DNA of 64,000 nucleotides from an uncultured Chloroflexia bacterium (GCA_963833225.1 CAWHXD010000008.1:985947-1049946); one strand, 5' to 3'; positions 12,592-23,207 are shown, numbered from the stretch's first letter. Made by a program: numbers and translations. The notes: generated by a model not told the origin, from the sequence alone.

Positions 12592-13587
12592 ATGCGCGCG
12601 CTCGTCCTCGAGCAACCCGGTCCGGCGGCGTCGTCGCCCCTGCGCCTCCTCGAGGTGACCGACCCTTCGCCCGCCCCAGGTGATCTCGTGCTCCGCCTGC
12701 ATGCCTGTGCCGTGTGCCGCACGGACCTCCAACTCGCGACCGGCGACCTTGCCGCGCGCCGGCTGCCGATCATTCCCGGGCACCAGGCCGTGGGCGTCGT
12801 CGAGCACGTTGGCGAGGGGGCCGAGGGCTGGGCGATCGGCGACCGCGCCGGCGTCACCTGGCTGGCGGGGTTTGACGGGACGTGCCGGTTCTGCCGGTCG
12901 GGGCGCGAGAACCTGTGCCGCGACGCGACGCTCACCGGCTGGGATCGAGACGGCGGCTTCGCCGACCGCCTCGCGGTCCGGGCCGACGTGGCGGTGCGGC
13001 TGCCCGCGGCAATGGACGACCTGGCGGCCGCTCCCCTGCTCTGCGGCGGCGTCATCGGCTACCGCGCGCTCCGCCTGTCCGGGATCGAGCCGGGTGGGCG
13101 CCTGGGGCTGTACGGCTTCGGGGCGTCGGCGCTCCAGGCGATCCAGGTGGCGCGGCACTGGGGCTGCGAGGTCCACGTGGCGTCGCGATCGCGGGCCGAC
13201 CTCGACCGGGCGCTTGGCTTCGGGGCTGCCTCGGTGGGTGGCTACGACAACCCGCCGCCGGCCCCGCTCGACGCCGCGATCACGTTCGCCCCGGTGGGCT
13301 CGGTCGTCGTCGCGGCGTTGCGGGCCCTCGACCGTGGCGGGATCGTCGTCGTGAACGCGATCCACCTCGACGGCATCCCGGCGTTCGGCTACGACGACCT
13401 GTGGTGGGAGCGCTCGATCCGGAGCGTTGCCAACGTCACCCGCCGCGACGCCACCGAGTACCTGGAGCTCGCCGCGCAGATCCCGGTCCGCACTGAGATC
13501 GAGGTCCACCCGCTCGCCGATGGCAACCTGGCCCTCAAGCGGATCGAGCGGGGCGAGGTGACGGGGGCGGCGGTCCTGGTGCCGTAG
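12592..13587 (+). CDS. Zinc-binding alcohol dehydrogenase family protein
   Basis: CAVCRTD, PGHQAVG, CRFCRSGRENLC, LLCGGVIGYRAL, GLYGFGASA. Confidence 0.92.
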   Translation: MRALVLEQPGPAASSPLRLLEVTDPSPAPGDLVLRLHACAVCRTDLQLATGDLAARRLPIIPGHQAVGVVEHVGEGAEGWAIGDRAGVTWLAGFDGTCRFCRSGRENLCRDATLTGWDRDGGFADRLAVRADVAVRLPAAMDDLAAAPLLCGGVIGYRALRLSGIEPGGRLGLYGFGASALQAIQVARHWGCEVHVASRSRADLDRALGFGAASVGGYDNPPPAPLDAAITFAPVGSVVVAALRALDRGGIVVVNAIHLDGIPAFGYDDLWWERSIRSVANVTRRDATEYLELAAQIPVRTEIEVHPLADGNLALKRIERGEVTGAAVLVP

Positions 13588-13604
13588 GTCGCGCCGGCGG
13601 ACGC

Positions 13605-14119
13605 TCAGCCCGTCGTCGCCGCCGCTCGCCGGAGCTCCGCGAGGTACCGGCCGTGGCGTGCCCAGTCGGGCAGGGGTTGGTCGGTCCCGTACCGAGCCGG
13701 TGCCTCGCGCGCGGTCGGCCGCCGGTGGATGGCGGCGCGCGCCCCGGCAGCCCGGGCAAGCCGCGCGTCGAGGGTCAGCAACAGCGCGTCGGCAGCCTCC
13801 GCGAGCGCGAGGTGCGCCGCGTCGTAGGCGCTGAGTCCGTGGGTCACCGCCAAATCCAGCGCGGCGAGGACCAATGGCCGGTCCGTGGTCACGGTCTCGA
13901 TCCCCAGTTCGTCGAGGTCCCGGATCGCCGCCACTACGGCGCCCGCCTCCAGCCGTGCCGGCGTGCCAGGACGTTCACGACCTCGAGCCAGAACAGCTCG
14001 AGCACCAGGATCGGGCCGTCGACCGCCGCCAGGAGTTGCTCCCGCACGACCGGCGCCTCGGACTCGGCGAGGACGATCGCGAGCGCGGCCGAGGTGTCGA
14101 GGACGAGCCCTTCAGCCAT
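13605..14119 (-). CDS. vapC: VapC/PIN toxin (one apparent frameshift near 13940)
   Basis: MAEGLVLDTSAALA..WLEVVNVL continues in the adjacent frame as HGLSAYDAAHLALA..LLTLDARL. Confidence 0.85.
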
Positions 14120-14399
14120 CGTCGCGACCACGGTCCAGGCGCACCGCATCGACGGCCGACGGCCCGTCGGGATGCCGCGCCCGCTGGCCCCGGCCCAACG
14201 CCTCGAGCCGGTCGAGCGTCGCCACCGCGCGCCGCCGGCGCTCCTCGGGGTCGCCGTCGAGCCGCCGACCGTCCTCCACGGAGACGACCATCGCCACGGG
14301 CCGGTGGTCGCGCTCGACGAGGAAGCGCTGCCCCGCCGAGGCCTCGTCCAGGATGGCCCCGAGCGAGCGGCGGAGGTCGAGGGGGCTGATCGTTCTCAT
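14112..14399 (-). CDS. Phd/YefM family antitoxin
   Basis: MRTISPLDLRRSLGAILDEASAGQRFLVERDHRPVAMVVS; overlaps start of PIN toxin. Confidence 0.85.
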   Translation of the reverse strand: MRTISPLDLRRSLGAILDEASAGQRFLVERDHRPVAMVVSVEDGRRLDGDPEERRRRAVATLDRLEALGRGQRARHPDGPSAVDAVRLDRGRDDG

Positions 14400-14453
14400 G
14401 GACCACCATGATATCTGACCATGAGATCCAACGGGTCGAACGCCCGGGCGTCG

Positions 14454-15455
14454 TCAGGGGCGTCGTCGACGGAGCAGCGCGGCCCGCGACTGCCGGTTTC
14501 GAATGCGGGTGACGGTTGCCGTGGGCGGCACCGCGATGGCGGCGCTCATCTGGCGAGCCTTTTGTGTCAGGCGGCGCGGATCCATGGCAAGGGCCGCGTG
14601 GTCCTCAAGCAGGGCCTCGCGCATGGTCGTATCGACGGTGGCGGGCTCCACGGCGACCAGGCGGCCCAATTCAGCGTCATTGACGACGTTGTCCAGCTCG
14701 TTATTGAGCTCGTCGGCGGCGGCGTCGGAGCTCGCGAGGTCTGCCTGCACCGCGTTGGTGACCTGGCGTTGAACCGCGGTCCCGAACAGCGCTCCGGCCG
14801 CGGCAAACGCGAGGGACTCAAGGCCACCACGGAGGTCCGAGTAGCGGACCCATGTCGTGTCCGTTGAGCCCGGGACTGCCCTGAACAAGCCGGCCACGAG
14901 GATCAGGTATCCGGCAATCAGGACAACGGCCACGACCGTGGTGACCAACGGCACGTTGGAGAACCGAAAGCCGCTGAACAGCCCTTCCCCGCCCGCCGGT
15001 CCCCCAGCCATGGCGAGAAGGGCTCCACCGAGGATCACGAGCAGCCCAACCCCAAGCGCCTGCATTCGATAGGGCCAATCCGCCGGCACGAGCAGCACCA
15101 TGACGACCTGGAGCGCAGCCAGCGCGATGACCACCCGCGCGCTCCACGCCGCGATCAGCGTGCTTTCCTTGCGCAGCGAGCCTCCACCAACCCAGGCGAT
15201 GCTGGCCATGGCAACCGCGAGCACGGTCGCCAGCAGCGCGGCCACCGCGATCACCCGCTGGGCATCGTCGCCGCTCGAGATCGGGAGCGACCCCGGGATG
15301 GCGATCAGCGCCACCCAGCCGACGATCAGGCCGAAGACGATCTTGCCGAGCGCCTCGTAGTCACGAACCTTGGTCGGCGAGCCATCACCGTCCGTCCCAG
15401 GCTGCGCAGAACTGCCGATCTCGCCGTTGCCCCCAGGAACATCCCCTTGCGCCAC
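14454..15455 (-). CDS. Hypothetical multi-pass membrane protein with C-terminal coiled coil
   Basis: About 6-7 hydrophobic segments; AGGAGG before GTG 15455. Confidence 0.7.
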   Translation of the reverse strand: MAQGDVPGGNGEIGSSAQPGTDGDGSPTKVRDYEALGKIVFGLIVGWVALIAIPGSLPISSGDDAQRVIAVAALLATVLAVAMASIAWVGGGSLRKESTLIAAWSARVVIALAALQVVMVLLVPADWPYRMQALGVGLLVILGGALLAMAGGPAGGEGLFSGFRFSNVPLVTTVVAVVLIAGYLILVAGLFRAVPGSTDTTWVRYSDLRGGLESLAFAAAGALFGTAVQRQVTNAVQADLASSDAAADELNNELDNVVNDAELGRLVAVEPATVDTTMREALLEDHAALAMDPRRLTQKARQMSAAIAVPPTATVTRIRNRQSRAALLRRRRP

Positions 15456-15924
15456 GGACTCACCCTCCTGAAGCCGCTCCCAACTCAGGGGAAGCCACGC
15501 ACGATCACTGGTGGCACCACGGTCGGACAACGATCAGCGTGCCGCCATCGGGTGAGGCTGGGCGTCCGGGACTCGGGAGGCGAGGATGCGCCCATCGGAC
15601 CGACGCCCGATGGCCTCTGCGGCTGACGCGCATCCAAGCGTTGGGAGGGGACGCCCACGGTGCGGACTACTCCCTGCACGGGTTCGGCCATTATGACCAC
15701 CGGGTCAATGTGGGCAGCGGGCCCCACCGGGCAGACGCCGTGACACGGGGTCGGTGCTGGGCGGCACCACCGGCTTGCCCGACGCTGCGGCACCGGCCCA
15801 AATGTCGCTCCGCACCATGCCGCATGGCCGTATCGCGCCGGCATCGCGAGCCGCAGCATCCGGGCGCCGATCGGCGTGGGGGACCCTCGCGACGGCAGGA
15901 GTCACGAGGGAGGCCGGTGGGCCC

Positions 15925-17916
15925 ATGTTTCGCAGCCGTCATTCCGTCGTCGTCGGTGCGCTTGCGTGCCTGATCGCGGTCGCCGGAGCCGTTCCGCCCG
16001 GCGTCGCCGCTCACCCACCGCGAGTCACCGGGTTTCCCCCGCGACTCACGGGGTTCCCGATCGGGGTCGACAGGCTGCCGACGCGGCCCGACGTCACGAC
16101 CTCGTCGATCGTGGTGACGACCCTCGTGGACGCCGTCGCGGACGACGGCGCCTGCTCGCTCCGTGAGGCCATCACGGCTGCGGAGACCAACACCGCGGGC
16201 CCGGATACCACCGGTCGCTGCCGCAGGGGGAGCGCCATCGACACCGACCTCATCGAGTTCGCGACGGGCGGCGTGATCACCCTCACGGCCGACCTTCCGA
16301 CAGTCGCGGAATGGCTCGCGATCGACGGCTCGACGGCCCCGACCCCCGTCACGATCGATGGCGCAGACACCTACCGCCCGTTCGCCGTGGACGCCGCTGG
16401 GGCCCTCGACCTCTACGATCTCACCGTCACCAACGGTGCGACCGCCAACGCCGGCGGCGCGATCACCAACGGCGGCTGGCTGTCGCTCATGGCCGTGACT
16501 GTCTCCTCGAGCTCGGCAACGCTGGCCGGCGGGGGCATCAACGCCGGCACGGACTCCTTCACCTGGGTGGAGGAGTCGACCATCACGGGAAACTCGACGG
16601 ACGGCCTCGGGGGCGGGATCCGCAGCTCCGGGATGACCATCATGTTCAACGCGATCGTCTCGGACAATGTCGCCCAGGGAGGCGGTGGCGGCCTGATGTC
16701 CATCGGCATTGATGGCGCCGTCGTCTACTACACCACCTTCAGCGACAACTCGGCCACCGGTCCCGGGGCGGCCGGCGGCGCGATCCGTAGCGACGGGTAC
16801 CTGGGCCTGCTGAACACGACGCTGGCCGGCAACACGGCGGCCGAGGGCGGCGCAATCCAGGACAACGGAGACCTCGAGCTGTACAACTCGACCCTCACGG
16901 CCAACGACGCGGCGACCGGCTCCGGTCTCGAGTCCGCGGGCAGCCCGATCCTGATCAACAACATCGTGCTCGGCAACACCGGCTCTGATCCGGAGCTCGA
17001 CGCCACGCCCGATGTCACCTCCTCGCACAACCTCACCGCCCTCCCGGGCGGCGTCAGCCTTGACCAGATCCTTGACCCCACCGGCCTCGCGGACAACGGT
17101 GGCCTGACCCCGACGATCGCCCTCGTCCGCGACGCGGCGAACCCGGCCTGGAGTGGTGGTGACGACGCCTTCTGCGCGGACTTCCCCGTGATGTGGGACC
17201 AGCGCCTGTACGAGCGTTCGAGCCCGTGCGATGTGGGGGCCTTCGAGATCGACGACCTCGCGCCCACGGTGACGTCGCCCGCGATCACCCTGTCGCAGGG
17301 CGGCCGGCTGAGCGGCTCCGCGCTGGCCGGCCGGGTTGCCTGGTCCGGGAGCGACTACGGTTCCGGGCTGGCTGCCTACGAGCTCGAGGTCAACGTGAAC
17401 GGGGCCGGATACACGCCGGTCGTGGCCGATCCGGCCGCGACCCAGATCCTGCCGCCGCTCACCAACGGCTCCACGTACCAGTACCGCGTCCGCGCGGTGG
17501 ACGGTGACGGCAACTGGTCGGCCTGGAAGACCGGCGCGACGATCACGGCCAAGCTGCTCCAGCAGACCGCGACCGGCATCTCGTACTCGAGCGGCTGGAA
17601 GAAGGATGCCCGGGCCGGGTACTCGGGCGGCAAGGTCAAGTACGCCAAGGCGAAAGGTGCCTGGGTGAAGCTCACCGCGACCGGCCGTGCCTTCTCGTTC
17701 ATCACCACGAAGGCCCCCAACCGCGGCAAGGCCAAGGTCTACGTGGACGGCAAGTACGTCGCCACGATCAGCCTCAAGGCCGCGTCGACGACCTACCGCG
17801 TCCAGGCCTGGACCAAGACGTTCTCAAGCTCCAAGAAGCACACGATCAAGATCGTGCTGCTCGGGACGAATGGCCGGCCCCGCGTCGACGTGGACGCGTT
17901 CGCCATCCTGAAGTAG
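15925..17916 (+). CDS. Secreted CSLREA-domain / beta-helix protein with choice-of-anchor-Q-like region, FN3 and C-terminal beta-sandwich
   Basis: DGACSLREAITAA; GGAI repeats; LADNGGLTPTIAL..DQR..CDVGAFE; TYQYRVRAVDGDGNWSAW. Confidence 0.9.
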   Translation: MFRSRHSVVVGALACLIAVAGAVPPGVAAHPPRVTGFPPRLTGFPIGVDRLPTRPDVTTSSIVVTTLVDAVADDGACSLREAITAAETNTAGPDTTGRCRRGSAIDTDLIEFATGGVITLTADLPTVAEWLAIDGSTAPTPVTIDGADTYRPFAVDAAGALDLYDLTVTNGATANAGGAITNGGWLSLMAVTVSSSSATLAGGGINAGTDSFTWVEESTITGNSTDGLGGGIRSSGMTIMFNAIVSDNVAQGGGGGLMSIGIDGAVVYYTTFSDNSATGPGAAGGAIRSDGYLGLLNTTLAGNTAAEGGAIQDNGDLELYNSTLTANDAATGSGLESAGSPILINNIVLGNTGSDPELDATPDVTSSHNLTALPGGVSLDQILDPTGLADNGGLTPTIALVRDAANPAWSGGDDAFCADFPVMWDQRLYERSSPCDVGAFEIDDLAPTVTSPAITLSQGGRLSGSALAGRVAWSGSDYGSGLAAYELEVNVNGAGYTPVVADPAATQILPPLTNGSTYQYRVRAVDGDGNWSAWKTGATITAKLLQQTATGISYSSGWKKDARAGYSGGKVKYAKAKGAWVKLTATGRAFSFITTKAPNRGKAKVYVDGKYVATISLKAASTTYRVQAWTKTFSSSKKHTIKIVLLGTNGRPRVDVDAFAILK

Positions 17917-18061
17917 GCGTCAGGCCGAACGACCGGGTCTCCGGCATGGGAGCCGACGGCCCGGTCGTTTCCGTGCGCTGCGTCAGCGTCGCACGATGTT
18001 CGGTCCCTGATCGGCGATCCCGGGTACATTTCGACGGGGCACGACGAGCACAGGGAGCAAC

Positions 18062-18526
18062 GTGGCGAGGAATCGATGGGCGGGCCTCTCGGACCGCCGG
18101 CTGACCAGGCGCCTCGGCAAGATGCTGGGGGTCAAGTTCGACGCGAAGCCGGTCGGCCGGTTGGGCGGTTCCCTGGGCGCGCTGGCCGAGGTCGGCGACC
18201 ACGCGTGGGTCGCCGTGCAGGTCGAGCACAAGCACACGCACCCCGCCGAGAACGTCCTCCAGTACTGGCCGTGGCTGGAGCGGAGCCGCCGGCGCCTGGT
18301 GCTGGTCCACGTGATCGTCCCCGACGCCCGCAAGCGCAGGGGGTCTCGCACGGACCTCACGATCTGGATCGGCGCGATGATGGAGCGCGTGCTCCCCGGC
18401 CGGTTCACCTACTGCCGGCTCGAGCTCGGCACCTCGCAGGAGATCACGCAACTGTGCGCCGCCATCGGGGCGATCGCCGTCGCCCGCTCCCCGATGGAAG
18501 GCCGGATGCTCGTCCAGGTCTCCTGA
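18062..18526 (+). CDS. Hypothetical protein (possible degenerate restriction-endonuclease fold)
   Basis: 154-aa ORF with coding-like codon usage; VAVQVEHKHTHPAENVLQYWPWLE. Confidence 0.6.
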   Translation: MARNRWAGLSDRRLTRRLGKMLGVKFDAKPVGRLGGSLGALAEVGDHAWVAVQVEHKHTHPAENVLQYWPWLERSRRRLVLVHVIVPDARKRRGSRTDLTIWIGAMMERVLPGRFTYCRLELGTSQEITQLCAAIGAIAVARSPMEGRMLVQVS

Positions 18527-18636
18527 GGCTCGCCGCCGGTCGGTCGCATCGGCCGTAGCCAGTTGCTGCCAAGGACCCTATCCACCTGCGGGGTGGATGC
18601 CGACCATCGGTCTCACCACGACTGGAGGTGGTGATC

Positions 18637-18840
18637 ATGAAGGCCCGGATCGGGAACCGGATCGTGCTGGAGTCGGAGCGCGTCGGGCAACAGGATCGAA
18701 TGGGCGAGATCCTCGAGGTCCACGAGTCGCCGTACGGCCCGGAGTACCGGGTCCGTTGGGACGATGGGCGGATCACGGAGTTTCGACCCAAGGCGGGCAG
18801 TGCGCGGATCCTTGCGGCGGAGCGGGCGGCGAAGCGTTGA
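18637..18840 (+). CDS. DUF1918 domain protein
   Basis: MKARIGNRIVLESERVGQQDRMGEILEV..PEYRVRWDDG; GGAGG RBS. Confidence 0.88.
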   Translation: MKARIGNRIVLESERVGQQDRMGEILEVHESPYGPEYRVRWDDGRITEFRPKAGSARILAAERAAKR

Positions 18841-18924
18841 CGGTCGAGGTCACCGCCAGCAGCCCGCCACTCCGGGGATCGCCTTCTCGGGCGCACGCGA
18901 AACCGGTGTCATGGAGGTGGTGGG

Positions 18925-20365
18925 ATGACTATCGAGACGCGTCCCCAGGCGCCAGATCTGCAGGTCGACACCGCAGTGACGCCCCTGCCTGCCCTCGAGG
19001 AGCCGGCCGAGCCAGCTCGGGGCGTTGAGCCGGCCACGGCGCCGGGCACGACCCGACGAACCGCGCTGGCGCGAGCCGTGGTCGAGATCCTCGCCAGGCT
19101 GGTCCCTGATGATGCCGGGCTCACCGTGACACTCGATGGGGATCCGGTGTCCGATCAGCGATCTCCGGGCGAAGCTCGTCGCGCCCACGTGCGGGTGCAC
19201 GGCCCGGACGCCGTCAGCCGGGTTGCCCTCGTGCCCTCGGAGACGTCGCTCGCCGACGGGTACCTCCGCGGCGACCTGGACATCGACGGCGACGTCGCGC
19301 TGGCCGTCGAGGCGGCCAGACGGCTCGACCCACGCCGCCTCACGCCCGCCGATGCCCGGCGCCTGCTTCGATACGGCCTCGAGCTGCGCCGCGGCCGAGG
19401 CCCGGCCCCCGAGATCCGCCGCCTGGCCAACCTGCAGGGTCAGCCACACTCGCGTGCCCGCGACATGGCGGCGATCCGGTTCCACTACGACGTAGGTGAG
19501 CCGTTCTACCGGCTGTGGCTCGACCGCCGCCTCACCTACTCCTGCGGCTACTTCGACCGGGACACGGACCCGGTTGGCGATCTGGATGCCGCCCAGGAAG
19601 CCAAGCTCGACCTCGTCTGCCGCAAGCTGGGCCTGCGACCCGGGCAGCGCCTGCTGGACATCGGCTGCGGCTGGGGCTCGCTGATCCTGCACGCCGCGGA
19701 GCGGTACAAGGTCGAGGCCTTTGGCGTGACCCTCTCGGAGCGCCAAGCCACCGAGGCGAACCGCCGCGCCGCGGTAATGGGGCTCGAGCATCGCGTCCGC
19801 GCGGATCTCAGGGACGACCGGGACCTAGCCGGACTCGGGGCCTTCGACGCCGTCGCGTCAATCGGCATGTTCGAACACGTAGGCGCTGCCAACCTGCTCT
19901 CCTACTTCGAGGCGGCACGCGAAGCGCTGGTGCCCGGCGGGCGGTTCCTCAACCACGGCATCGCCACCAACCGGCCCGCGCCCCGAACCGCCGGCCTCCG
20001 CGCGAACGAGCGGATTCGCGGACCGCTACGTGTTCCCGGATGGCGAGCTCTGCGCCGGTGGAGCGTGCGATCGAGATCGCCCGCGACCGGGCGGGGTTCG
20101 AGCTGCTCGACGTCGGCCTGCTGCGCCCGCACTACGCCCTCACGCTGCAGGCGTGGGTCTCGCGGCTCGAGGCGCACTGGCCGGAGGCCGTCGAGGCCGC
20201 GGGCGAGGAGGTCGCCCGAACCTGGCGCCTCTACATGTCGGCGGCGCGGGTCGGATTCGAGCAGGGTGACCTCGATGTTGCCCAGCTTCTGCTGGCAAAG
20301 CCAACGCGTGTCGGTGTTCCGGCACCGAGGCGCTCCGGCCCTGGTGGTCGTCGCTCGGGACGTGA
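18925..20365 (+). CDS. cfa: Cyclopropane-fatty-acyl-phospholipid synthase family methyltransferase (frameshifts near 20010-20060 and 20320; end approximate)
   Basis: AIRFHYDVG, LTYSCGYF, LLDIGCGWGS, SIGMFEHVG, HYALTLQAW, RTWRLYM. Confidence 0.9.
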
Positions 20366-20371
20366 TCGGGG

Positions 20372-20647
20372 TCAGGCCGGGCTCGGACCGCCCGGCATCG
20401 GGACGTGCCAGCCGATCAGCTGGCAGCCGAGGACATGCGGCGCGCGCTGGCCCGGCGTGCAGTCCGGGCAGCCCCACGGCGCCAGGCCGCCGTCATCGGC
20501 GAGGTAGGCGACGTCGCATGCCGCCTCGGTCGGGTCGCAGCTGGCGCGGTGACAATCGCAGTTGCAGTGGGGCCAGTGCTCGCAGGTGCATCTGGCGTCG
20601 GGCGACGGCTCCCGCAGGACCGACGCCGGGAACGGGCTGACATGCAC
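20372..20647 (-). CDS. Small Cys/His-rich protein, probably metal binding
   Basis: CTCEHWPHCNCDCHRASC..C..CPDC..HVLGC; GAGG before GTG 20647. Confidence 0.55.
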   Translation of the reverse strand: MHVSPFPASVLREPSPDARCTCEHWPHCNCDCHRASCDPTEAACDVAYLADDGGLAPWGCPDCTPGQRAPHVLGCQLIGWHVPMPGGPSPA

Positions 20648-20886
20648 GGGCTGCCTCGGAGCGCGACCACCGCCTGCCCGGTCTGACCTTCCGGCGCCCG
20701 GTGGGTTCGATTGTCCGCCCCGGGTCAAGTCATCGGCCGGCGCATGTTGTTGCTCAATGAATTTGTCAGTGCCAACTGCTCAGTGACTTTGTCAGTCTCC
20801 GCAGATGCAGGAGACGATCACGATGACGAGCAGGGAGCAGCAGCGGGCGGGTGTTGGCCGGCAGGGTGTTGGCCGACCAGGCTCTT

Positions 20887-20919
20887 TACTTGCGCAAGTA
20901 CGCAAGTTGTCCCTATAGT
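20887..20919 (+). promoter_or_regulatory. Promoter with overlapping palindromic operator upstream of the OsmC gene
   Basis: Perfect palindrome TACTTGCGCAAGTA (20887-20900) over -35 TTGCGC; -10 TATAGT (20914-20919). Confidence 0.6.
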
Positions 20920-20985
20920 GGGGGCCGGCAAGCACCGCGACCAGGATGGCCGGCTGGGCACAGGACAGGACGAGGTTCAACAACC

Positions 20986-21385
20986 GTGGAGATGATCGTC
21001 GACTTTCCCGGGGGCGCGCGCGTGGACGCGCACTTCGGCGAGTTCGTGGTACCAACCGACCAGCCGCCCTCCGGGGGCGGCGAGGGCTCGGCCCCAACCC
21101 CGTTCGCGACATTCCTCTCGACGATCGGCACCTGCGCGGGCATCTACGTCCTGGGCTTCTGCCGTCAGCGCGGGATCTCGACAGGACGGCATCCGCCTCG
21201 TCCAGCGGATGTCCGTGGACCCGATGACCCGGCTCGTCAACGATGTCCAGGTCACGATCGAGCTGCCCGCCGGGTTCCCTGAGAAGTACGCGGAGGCCGT
21301 TGTCCGATCCGCGGAGCAATGCGCGGTGAAGAAGCACTTCGAGCACCCGCCGGTCATCCGGGTGAGCTCGGTCCTCGCCGCGTGA
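20986..21385 (+). CDS. OsmC family protein (frameshift near 21185)
   Basis: TDQPPSGGGEGSAPTPF..GTCAG..; C-terminal AEQCAVKKH in the next frame. Confidence 0.85.
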
Positions 21386-21403
21386 GCCTGGGGCACCCGG
21401 GCG

Positions 21404-22421
21404 CTAGCTGCCGAGGAGCTCGTCCAGCTCGGCGTCGGCCTCCTGGTCCCACGCCGGTCGGCGCGACCCGCCGGCCCGCCACTCCCGCGCCCTGGCTCGC
21501 ACGCCCTCGACGATCTCGGGTCCGGCCTGGTCCGCGAGCGCCAGCGCGGCGCGCAACGGCACGATCATGGTCACGGCGCTGGCGCCGTCCGCCGGCGACA
21601 ACCTGTGCACGACCTCGAGCATCGCCGGCAGGTCGGTGATGTCGCCCTGTCGGGCGAGGCCGGTCGCGGCCTGGGTAGCCTCGAACACGTCCTCCGACGC
21701 GAGCAGCGGACGCAGGGCGGACGCGACCGCCGGGTCCGGATCCCACCCGGCGAGCTGGGCGATGGCCAGGTGGCGGTCCGGCGCGCTCGTTCCCCCGAGG
21801 TTCGTCGATCAGCTCGTCCCGGCGCTCATCCGTCTGCAGCGCACTGGGGACCCGGGACGGGTCCGCGGCAACCTCGTCGGCGATATCGGGCGTGATGTCG
21901 AAGCCGAGCGGGCTGCGCTGGACGAACCCCGATTCGTGCAGCTCCTCGGCGACGTTGCGCAGGGCCGTCCCCGGGTCGTCCATCGGCGATGCCATCAGCC
22001 CCCGGCCGACGGCTGCGAATGCCTCCTCCGCCCGGCGAACGTGGGCGTCCGTGCCCTCCGTGGTCAGCGGGGCCTCGGCGAACGCCGATGGCAGCCCGAT
22101 CATCTCGCGCTGGGGGTCGATCACCGCCACGCCGCTCTCGAAGGCCGCCTCCGCCACCGCGGCCACGACCTCCTCCACCCGGCTCCACGGAATGCCCACG
22201 AAGATGTGGGAACGGGCTACGTCGAACTCGAACGGGGGCGCGATGGGCGTCCTGGCGCGCACCTGCCAATACCGGCGGCCAAGCGCGGCGATGAACGGAT
22301 CGAGCGTCGCGTCGTGCCCGCGGCGGAACCCGAGCCCACGCTGGAGACGCTCGACCTCCGCCGATGCCTCGTCAAAGGTCATGGCGCGGTCAACGGGCAG
22401 GATGAACAGGTCGTAGGTCAC
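21404..22421 (-). CDS. Hypothetical protein with C-terminal HEAT-like repeat (frameshift near 21795)
   Basis: GTG 22421 (TYDLFILPVD..) joins ORF 21404..21688. Confidence 0.65.
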
Positions 22422-22558
22422 CGGGCCAGTATCGTGCAGGTGGTGCGCCAGCGTCGAGAAGCGCCGGGTGAGCTCCTCCCGGATACCGCGATCGGGCACG
22501 CCGTACCATGTCGGGAGCCGGGGCGCCCGTGGCTCCCGGCGACCAAGGAGAGACGCTG

Positions 22559-23188
22559 ATGGCGCGTGGGCGACGCACCACCACCCCGCGACTGGTCGCG
22601 CTCCTGGTCGGCGCTGCCCTCCTGGGGGCGTGTTCCGAGCAGCCCATCTCCCAGGCGATCGACGCGCCCCTGCCCGCGACGGCGGAGCCGGAAACCGTTC
22701 CCTCCAGCGTCCCGCCCTCCGACGGCCCTGCCACCTCGCCCGACGCGGGATCTCCGGACGGAACCTTCATCCCCACGACCCCACCGTCCCGCAGCGCGCC
22801 GGACAAGCCCGCGAAGGTGACCTTCAAGGAGATCGACCGCCAGGATCTCGGTGGTGGGACCACGCAGGTCACCAGCCGCCTCACGTGGACCGCTCCAGAC
22901 GGCGTGGCTGACCAGTTCCTCGTCTACGGGATCACCCGCTGCCTCCGTGAGCAGAAGGCGTTCGACGGCAAACCCTGCCTGGTCAAGGGCATGCGGATCC
23001 CGAAGAAGGTCCAGGAGCTGATCGCCACCGTCCCGGGTTCGGACCGTTCGGTGGACATCTCCTGGCAGGAGGGCGAGACCGGGCCGGGTCCTTATGCCGC
23101 CGTGCTCATCCGCGCAACCAACGATCTCGGTGACAGCATCTTTGCCATCGCGTGGAGTGCTGACGTCTGCTGGCAGTGCACCTACTGA
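22559..23188 (+). CDS. Lipoprotein with Pro/Ser linker and FN3-like domain
   Basis: Lipobox LLGAC; Pro-rich linker; beta-rich C-terminus with four Cys. Confidence 0.75.
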   Translation: MARGRRTTTPRLVALLVGAALLGACSEQPISQAIDAPLPATAEPETVPSSVPPSDGPATSPDAGSPDGTFIPTTPPSRSAPDKPAKVTFKEIDRQDLGGGTTQVTSRLTWTAPDGVADQFLVYGITRCLREQKAFDGKPCLVKGMRIPKKVQELIATVPGSDRSVDISWQEGETGPGPYAAVLIRATNDLGDSIFAIAWSADVCWQCTY

Positions 23189-23207
23189 CCGAGCCCCGGA
23201 GGTTCCC

